Shown piece after piece: positions 54,369 through 64,000 of a stretch of DNA of 64,000 nucleotides; the first letter of the stretch is position 1; each line of letters starts with the position of its first letter. Source of the stretch: the human T2T-CHM13v2.0 reference genome, Homo sapiens; the NCBI RefSeq assembly GCF_009914755.1, contig NC_060939.1; one strand, 5' to 3'. The notes under the pieces are model-generated. The model saw only the letters and a list, made by a program, of their open reading frames with translations, was not told the DNA's origin and did no database searches. The position numbers and the translations under genes were made by a program.

Positions 54369-56189
54369 TAATTTCAGGAATCCTACTAAGCAGTCACTGA
54401 AACTTTTGAGCCTGCCTTCCATATCACTTTTTTAAATATAGTTTCTATCTCCCTGTCCATTTCTGTTGCATTCTGGGGACTTGGCTTAAACATCACCTTA
54501 TTAATTTGGTCTTTAGCTGCCTTCTGCTGTTTATTTCAAGCATTCAGTTTTCCAGCTGATCGTTTATAGATGCAATATCTGCTGTTATCTCGTGGAGAAT
54601 ATTCACATATCAATCTGAAACCACTTGACCATTTCCTTGGATGGCAGTTGCTCCCTTTGTTGGGTTTGTTAATCCCCTTTCGGGGTACTCATTTGCTTCC
54701 GACATTTGATCACTCTCGCGTGTGTTCCTGCCTCTGAATCTGAGAACCTGCATCCAGTATAAGTGCAGGCTTTGTTACTACAGCCTGCCCCCAGTGATTG
54801 TTAAGGTGGGATAGGAACACGACCCACAGGTGTCCCATTGGCTGCTCCCACTGGGTGTCCCCATGCACACAGAGCACTGCCTCCTTCTCTGGCCTCAGGC
54901 ACCCCATTCACAGCTCCTGCCTCTAAGTAGCCCCCTCTGCTGTCTTCTCTCTGGTACAGGAGGGCTTTCCTGCATCTACCATGACCTCCCAATTTCCTGA
55001 TGGTGGCCACAAGGCTATGCCTGCTCCCGCCTCCTCCTCCTGCTGACAGCTTCCCAGCAGAGCTCCTCAACAGCCAATACCCCAGGGGCAGCAGTCCTTC
55101 CACTCTGTATCCTTCATTCTATGAGACACCCCTCTAATCTGATCCCAGCTGCCATCTCTTTCAGAGATTCTGTCTAATGACCGAAAGGTCTTCTTGCTGT
55201 CTTGGCCCGTGCTCTTTGCACTCTCATATATCTCCTTAGCATTTGGTAGCTTCCTGGATTTAAAAAGAAATCCCTAGTGCGAAACCTTGAAAAAAAAAAC
55301 ACTAACAAACAAAAACTTTTAATAATTTGAAAAATGAATAATAAAAATTTAAATGTCCATAATATAGTCCCCTTTAAGTGTCTCTGAGATATCTGGGTTG
55401 CCAAATGTGAAATCCTGGACACTTACTCAGTGAGACATTTACCATTACCCCAAGGATGTAAAGCCTCATGCAATCTGTGTAGCCACTCTGCGTATGAGCA
55501 ACCCTCAGAGAGTCTAAGGAAAGAGCATGTTGGGGCAGCCCTGGTTCTGAGTGATGTAATCCTATAGGACATTCTGCCACAGAATCCATTAGATGACAAA
55601 CACAGCTACCTTTCAAAGTCGTTTCAATGATAAGCTTCATGAGGGCAGAGGCCACATTATACTCACTAAGTATCACTATGGTGCCTTGCACTACAAATGC
55701 AGTTTTCCACTCATATATTCTCTAGAGGTGAGTTGATGTTATTTCTTGAAATTAAAATGATTTGTGAATCATTTTGCAAAGATCATAGTTAATTATTATT
55801 TACCAGACCTTAATTGATTCAATAAATTATCTACACTCAGTAGGTTGATTGTAAACTAAGAGGGATAGATTGTTTGATTTTTTTTGTAGTTTAAAAATAT
55901 TTGTTATATCCCCCTCTATAAAAAACATATGCCCTTTGATAAAATAATAAATCAATTCATAAATATACAGCATAGCAAGTGATAACCCCCCTTAGCCTAT
56001 CAGTCAACAAAAATCAGTATTAACAATTTCTGACTGCACAAGAAAATAAAAAGAAATGTGCTCTGGTAGAGCCAAAAATCACAAAGAGTCTCTGAATGTA
56101 AAACAAAAAGACAAGATCATATTAATAGAAGAACCAAATACAGGGTTAGTATTTAGATATCAACAACAAAAACTCAAGGGCAAAAATTA

Positions 56190-56412
56190 AAGCTACTAAA
56201 TGTTTATTGCAAACTTAGTATGTGCTTTATATGTATGAACTTGTTTAGTCCTTATAACAACTCTATTAAGCATGTAGTTACTATCTCTATTTATAAGTGA
56301 GGCCCAGGGAGGTAAAGAAACTGGCCCAGAGTCACACAGCTAGTAGGTGATGAAGCTGGGATACAAATCCACACTGCCTGGTTCTAGAACTCATGTCTTG
56401 ACTACTGTATAC
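56190..56412 (-). mobile_element. MIR SINE
   Basis: ggcccagggaggtaaagaaactggcccagagtcacacagctagtaggtg. Confidence 0.85.
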
Positions 56413-56949
56413 TCTACTCAACTCTCTGAGACTTGACTTTATGCTGTGCTGTACTGTAGTATACATTATACTGCCATTCAACAGAAGGATTAGAATGTCA
56501 CCAAGAATGACAGTTTCATTTATTCCTTTCTGGTCCTTATTTTGTTTCTTTCTGCATTGACGTATGCCTCATATTCAATGTTAATTACAATTGGTTGTCA
56601 TCTCTGTCCTGAGTTGTTCCTGCCTATGATGTATATGTGTGACTACTTCACCAGTAAGGAAGATGTTTACCATAAATTTGTAGTTAGAAGTTCTTTGCTA
56701 AGTTAAGAGAGTTTCCTTTCGATTAGTTTACTAAGAGATTTTGTTTTGCTTTCTTCTGACTATTCATATGTATCGAATTTAGCTAAATGATTTCCTGTAC
56801 CTATCAAAAGAATCACGTTTTTCTTTCTATCTTTAATGTATCAAATAAGATAATCTATTCCTTGAGATTTTTGTAAAAAACTCACCTTAAAATTTGTCTA
56901 GACCTGGTTGTCAACTGTTAAAAAACATTTTACTGAAATTTATTATTAG

Positions 56950-57117
56950 AGCTTGGGCCACATGGTGAAATCCCTGTCTCTACAAAAAATACAAGAAATT
57001 AGCCAGGCATGATGGTACTCACCTATAGTCCCAGCTACTCCAAGGCTGAGGTTGGAGAATCACCTGTGCCCGGGAGGTTGAGGCTGCAGTAAGCTGAGAT
57101 CATGCCACGTCACTCCA
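56950..57117 (+). mobile_element. Internal AluJ fragment, truncated at both ends
   Basis: catggtgaaatccctgtctctacaaaaaatacaag..gaggctgcagtaagctgagatcatgccacgtcactcca; no tail. Confidence 0.88.
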
Positions 57118-58144
57118 CAATAATTTCTACATACCTATGAATGTTCACAAAGTTAATATACCTTTATTCTCAGTGCTCTACAAAGAAAGAGAACATTACT
57201 AGCACCCCAGAAAACTCCTTCATATCCCTTCCAATCACTGTCTCCTCCTCCACCAGGGACAGCCTCTGTTCTAACTTCAAATAGCATGGACTAATTTACC
57301 CGCTTTGTGCTTTATATAAATTGAATAGGACAAGATATACTCTTCCTGTGTCTGAAATTTTTTGCCCAATGCTATGTTTTCCAAAATGCATCCATGTTGT
57401 CACGTCGGTGTAGATAATTCCTTCTCATTGTTACACAGTTTTACTTCGTGTGAACAAGACTATTTATTTTTCCATTCTGTTCTTGAGGGACTCTGGAAGT
57501 AGTTTCCAGTTTGGGGTTCTTATAGATAGTGTTAACAATCTAGTACATGACCTCCTGTCCTTTTATTAAAGAGGGAGGTGTGTTGTGGGAACTACTATTT
57601 TTAGTAAGAACTGAAAATTTTAAATAATTTCCGATTCATTTGTCTACTTTTTTCTTTGGTCAATTTTGTTTATATTTTTTCTTTGAAGTTATTAATTTAT
57701 CTAAGCTTTTAGATTCTAGATAGGTGTAAATTTGTTCATAATATTTTCATATGATTTTTAAAAGTCTGAATATGTCTCTAAAATCTTAGCATTATTCTAA
57801 CTAGCATGAATTTAGACTCTTATTCTTTCTCTGGCTATTTTTTGTTCTGGTTTGTTTTACTATTTTGTTTTCTTTCAACAGTCATCCTTATAATATCTTT
57901 TCTTTTGCTTCTTTTAGGTTTACAATATTTTTCTTTACTTTTATTAAACATGTTGCTTATTTCCAGCTTTTCTCGTGTATGTGGTTAATAGATAAATGTA
58001 ACTAATGCTTTATATTTTGTCTTAAGTCCCACTTTAGATGCATCCCATGTGCTTTGATGTGCTGAGATTTTGTTGACAGTCATAAATATTTTGTAATGTC
58101 TATTGTAATTCTCTCATTGACTAGAGATTATTAAGACACAACTA

Positions 58145-58533
58145 TATAGCTACTTATGAGAACCTTTGTCTTACTGGGAACACAGTCAGCTGTTATTTCC
58201 CTTTGCAGTTGTAAGTGGCCACAATTGCATTGCAGCCAACAAAATGTGATCAGATGTGATGTCCATTATCACCTTTCCTGATCCCTAAGAACTCCCACAC
58301 TTGACCCTCCATGCTCTTCTGCCTTCCCCTGGCTTCATGCAGACGAGCTCACAGACCTTGGAAATCAAGCACTGAAGACAGATGAAGCAAAAGGGAGAAA
58401 ATGAACTGCTCACAAAAAATAAACACCCCTTGGAGGCTCTCATTGAGGAATAAAGTAAGCTTCTGTTATGTTTGAGCCATTATGCAGTGGATGCTTGTTT
58501 ATCATAGGAACCAGTGGTACTTTAGCTAACATA
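58145..58533 (+). mobile_element. MaLR LTR (MLT1I/J-like)
   Basis: ccctttgcagttgtaagtggccac..gccaacaaaatgtgatcagatgtgatg..aagcttctgttatgtttgagccat. Confidence 0.65.
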
Positions 58534-58880
58534 GCTATATGGGGTTGCATTTTGTTAATTTTAAAATAATATATTTATTGGATTTTTTGTCTAATTTAAT
58601 TGTTTTATAGTCAAAGATTTCATCTGTTTGATACCAGTTCTTTGGTTTTTGATGAAACTTCTTTGGGGCTTGATAGGTAGAGATTGTTTATAAATGTTTC
58701 ACATAAGTTCTAAAAGTATATATTTTCTTTATTTCTTTGACCATATATCTATGATCAAGCCTGTTAATTATAGTGCTCAACTTTTCTCTGACTTTACTAA
58801 CTTTTGGCTACTTGATTGCTCTTAGAGAGGCTTTGTTAAAATGTTTTCCACTTTAAGTGTGGAATTGTTTTATTTTTCTT

Positions 58881-59140
58881 AAAAGTCAAGTCATAAAAGC
58901 AGAAAGTAGTATGGTGGTTGCCAGGAGCTAGGGAGTAGAGGAAATGAGGAGATGTTGGTCAGAGTAGGACCTTTCAGTTATAGGATAAGCAAGTTCTGGG
59001 GGTCTAATGTGCAGCATGGGTGGTGATGGGTGTAATTAATTTGACTGTAATAACCATTGCAAAATGTGTACTCATAGAAAATTAACACATTGTACACTTT
59101 GAATGTATTCAATCTTTATTTAACAATTAAATTTTTTAAA
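58881..59140 (+). mobile_element. L1MA10/L1MB-type 3' end
   Basis: gcagaaagtagtatggtggttgccagg..ctttcagttataggataagcaagttctgg. Confidence 0.75.
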
Positions 59141-59595
59141 ATAGCAACATTATTGCTGCTAAAAGCAATGATTTGGTTAAATTTTGATTCATAGATTTTG
59201 AAGCTCTATTGTTAGATACATTTATTTTTGTGATGGTTTATCTCCTTATCATTTTGAATGCTCTCTTTATAGATTCACTAATGTTTTTGTCTCAGAATCC
59301 TTTTTATCTGACATTCTCTTTGCCAGATTAGCATATATTTTTCCAGTTTATTATTTTAAAACTTTTTATTTTGTTTTAGGTTGTATTTTTTAAAACAGTA
59401 TATATCTGAGTTGTGTTTTTATTTCATCTGATCTGAGGATCTGTACCTTTTAAATTCCATCTGTTTATACTTGCTGTGTTTGCTGACGTATTTGGGCTTG
59501 TTTTTACTATCTTCTTTTTTTCTGCAATTATTTTATCTATGCTTTCTTTTTTTCTTTCCGGTCTCCAATTATTCTATTAAATTAATTAAATATAT

Positions 59596-59615
59596 ACACA
59601 ACACAGACACACACA

Positions 59616-59649
<34 letters not shown>
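59596..59649. repeat. Interrupted (CA)n microsatellite
   Basis: Seen directly. Confidence 0.93.
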
Positions 59650-60304
59650 GACTAGAATAACACCTGGAACACAGTGTGATATAAGTATTATTATTATTAC
59701 TCAAGTTATTTTCATTTCATTTTTCCCATGTTTCCTTTATCTCCATTTTCATTACTCCTTTTGTAGTTATTCATTCTATTCTTTTTTAGTGGTTACTCTT
59801 TAATTTTTAACAGGCATTTATTAACATAATAAAGTCTACAGTTAATTCAGTATATCTCTCCGCTTACCAGACAATACAAGGGCAAGCTCTAACTGTAATT
59901 TTCCTCTATTGGTTTCACATTATTACTGCTTAGCATTTAATTTCTTCTTTTAAAAATAAATTCCACAAAATTCACTTTCTTTAGTGTTTTATTTCAATTT
60001 ATTTAGATTATTTAGATTTATCGAAATACTAACCAAATTCTTGAATACATTATTTCTTGCATCCCATTCTTTCTGGGGAATTTTATTTTTTGTTGTCATT
60101 GACGAAAATTCCTTAGTATTTATTTAAGTGATAGTCATTGAGTTGCAAAGTTTCTCCGTCTTTTGAATCTGAAAATAACTTCTTATCACCCTAACTTATT
60201 TATAAAGAAACTACAGGCCATTCTTTAAAGATGATAATATAGATAACTTAAACTCTCTGTGACCTTTGCATTTTTAACTCACACTTTTAAAAAATAAACT
60301 TTAT

Positions 60305-61055
<751 letters not shown>

Positions 61056-62805
61056 TCCACTGTTAACTTCTTAGGTTAGTACAGCACACTTGTTACAATG
61101 GGTTAACCAATATTGATATATGATAATTAATAAAGTGATACTCTAGTCAGATTTCCTTAGCTTTCACGTCCTTTTCTGCCCCAGTATCCCATCCAGAACA
61201 CTACATTACAGTTAGTTGTCTTGCCGCCGACTTAGTTAGGATCCTCTTGGCTCTGATGGTTTCTCACACTTTCAATGTTTTTGATGACCTTGACAGTTTT
61301 GGGGTGTACTGGACAGGTATGATCTGTCTAATGTTTTTCTCATGATTTGACTAATGTGATCGATTTTGGGGAGAAGGATGGTGGAAATAAAGTGCCATTT
61401 TCATCACTTCATATCAAGGGTACTCACTACCAACATAGCCTATCACTTGACTACCTGGCTGCAGCAGTGTCTGTCAGGAAAATGACTCTTTTTTGCCCCT
61501 CTATCCACGCTGTATTCCACAGAGGAGAGTAGGGCATGTATGCTCCTCTTCCTTGAGGGTGGAGAGTCCACATAATTCATTTAGCAATCTTCTTCATGAG
61601 GGATTTGTCTCTTCTCCCTTGTTTTTTAATTACTTCAGTCGTTTATTTATATCAATATAGACTCATGAATATTTATTTTATACTTCAAGTTTTATCCAAT
61701 GCTACTTTATTTTATCCAATATAAATTATTGGAAGAATTTTTTGCTCAAATTATTCCAGTTTTGGCCATTAAGAGCTTCCTCAGTTATCTCCTGTGTCCC
61801 CTTGGCATTCCCTCATCATTGTGGGGTTTTGTGTTTTAGCATTTCCTTACCTTTCGGCTCTACAAGATGCTTTAGGCCCATCTTGTATATTTCCTGTCCC
61901 AGTCCTAGAATCAGCCATTTCTCCAAGGAGCTTTGTTTCCTTTTATTGGAGAATGGTATTAGAAACCAAGATCAACGTGCTAGGTGAGCTTGTTCCTACT
62001 GTAGTGTTATTTTTTTATGCCTGCTCAAATGACAGAACAAGGAGATTTATGTGCACATACTAACCCAAGTATATACACATATCTATAAATTTTGCTATAT
62101 GCAACATGTTAAACCAAGCATGAGTTTCTACTGATGTTGCTAACTCTAGCACATTCCTACATGGATGAAACTAGCTTCCTTCCCTTGGCATCTGTAAACT
62201 TTCACTACAACAGTGAGAAACTATCTCTCACCATCCACCATCCATTTGCTTAACTGCTCAATATGAATATATATGTATCTCAGTTAACCCACACTACTGT
62301 GGGATACAACTTTATCATCTACGGTATAGTACTTATATACGGTTTCTTTCGCCTTTAGTTTTACAGACTTCGCTCATTTCCAGAATTACTTCACTCAGCA
62401 CCTTTCCCTCACCCCTTTCAGGAAGGTTGTTTTATACATTTAGAATACAGTTAGATTGTTTTGTCAAATTCTGCATTCCATCCTGAGATTTCTGCAAAGT
62501 GACAAATTATTTGTTTAAATTTGCATACATTAAATTTCATTCTTTTTGCTGTAACATGCAATGGCTTTGAAAAATGCAGACTGCCATGAATTTAAAATTA
62601 TAGTACCATACAGAATAGCTTTCCCACCCTGAAAACATCTGTGCTTTACCTATTCAACCCTCCCTTTCCTAGCCCTGAATCCCTAGCAAACTACTAACTT
62701 TTTTACTACCTCTGTAGTTTTGCTTTTTCCAGAGTGGCATATAATTGAAATCATACAGTATGTAACCTTTTTCAGACTGGCTTCCTTCACTTAGCAATAT
62801 GCAGG

Positions 62806-63483
<678 letters not shown>

Positions 63484-63656
63484 GTATTTTAGGTTTTTCC
63501 ATATCTTTTCATGGTTTGGTAGCTAATCTCTTTTTATTGTGCAATATTAGTCAATTATATGGATTTACTAGTTTTGGTATCCATTCATCTATTGAATGAC
63601 ATCTTAGTAGTTTCCAGTTTTGGGTGATTGTGAATAAAGATACTATAAGCATTTGT

Positions 63657-63973
63657 GACCAGGTATGGTGGCTCACACCTTAATCCCAGCACTTTGGGAG
63701 GCCGAGGTGGTCAGATCACTTGAGCCCAGGAGTTCGAGACCAGCCTGGGAACATGGTGAAACCCTGTCTCTACAAAAAACTCTAGCTGGGTGTCGTGATG
63801 CATGCCTGGAGTTCCAGCTACTCAGGAGGCTAGGTGGGAGAATCACCTGAGCCCAGGAAGTCAAGGCTGCAGTGAGCAGTGATTGTACCACTGTACTCCA
63901 GCCAGGGCGACAGAGTGAGACCCTGTCTCAAAAAACAAAACAACAGAAAAATTAAAAAACAAACAAATAAAAA
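63657..63973 (+). mobile_element. AluJ
   Basis: cacttgagcccaggagttcgag..aagtcaaggctgcagtgag..gagaccctgtctc followed by an A-rich tail. Confidence 0.93.
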
Positions 63974-64000
63974 ACTTGTGTGTAGGTTTTTGTGTGGATC

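Larger units (their letters stand above)
56500..60280 (-). mobile_element. Fragmented ancient L1M/L1ME with nested insertions
   Basis: Antisense ORF2-like motifs (gaatgacagtttcatttattcc, agagagtttcctt, ttttgaagctctattgttagatac); L1ME 3' end at 56925-57560. Confidence 0.55.

Overview
This window is primate genomic DNA, most likely human or ape, since it contains AluY/AluS/AluJ, an ERV9-type LTR12 and an L1PA6-like element. It is AT-rich, has no CpG island and is dominated by nested interspersed repeats: L1PA/L1M, L2, L3, MIR, Alu, MaLR and ERVL LTRs, an ERVL pol relic and hAT DNA transposons. I recognise no cellular protein-coding gene, tRNA or rRNA, so it looks intergenic or intronic. The longer ORFs in the track derive from L1, L2, ERVL, Alu or microsatellites. 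Most notable observations: (1) a near full-length L1PA6-like element whose 5'UTR lacks about 750 nt between the +97 splice donor and an acceptor in the segment that younger L1s lost, i.e. a spliced retrocopy (SpIRE); (2) three local templated-insertion scars, one of which created a 20-bp L2-derived hairpin resembling miR-325; (3) an intact solo LTR12F promoter with six CCAAT boxes; (4) a young 23-bp VNTR; (5) closely spaced inverted Alu pairs. I found no evidence of a wholly new biological system. Repeat subfamily calls and the boundaries of old repeats come from recalled consensus sequences and are approximate.
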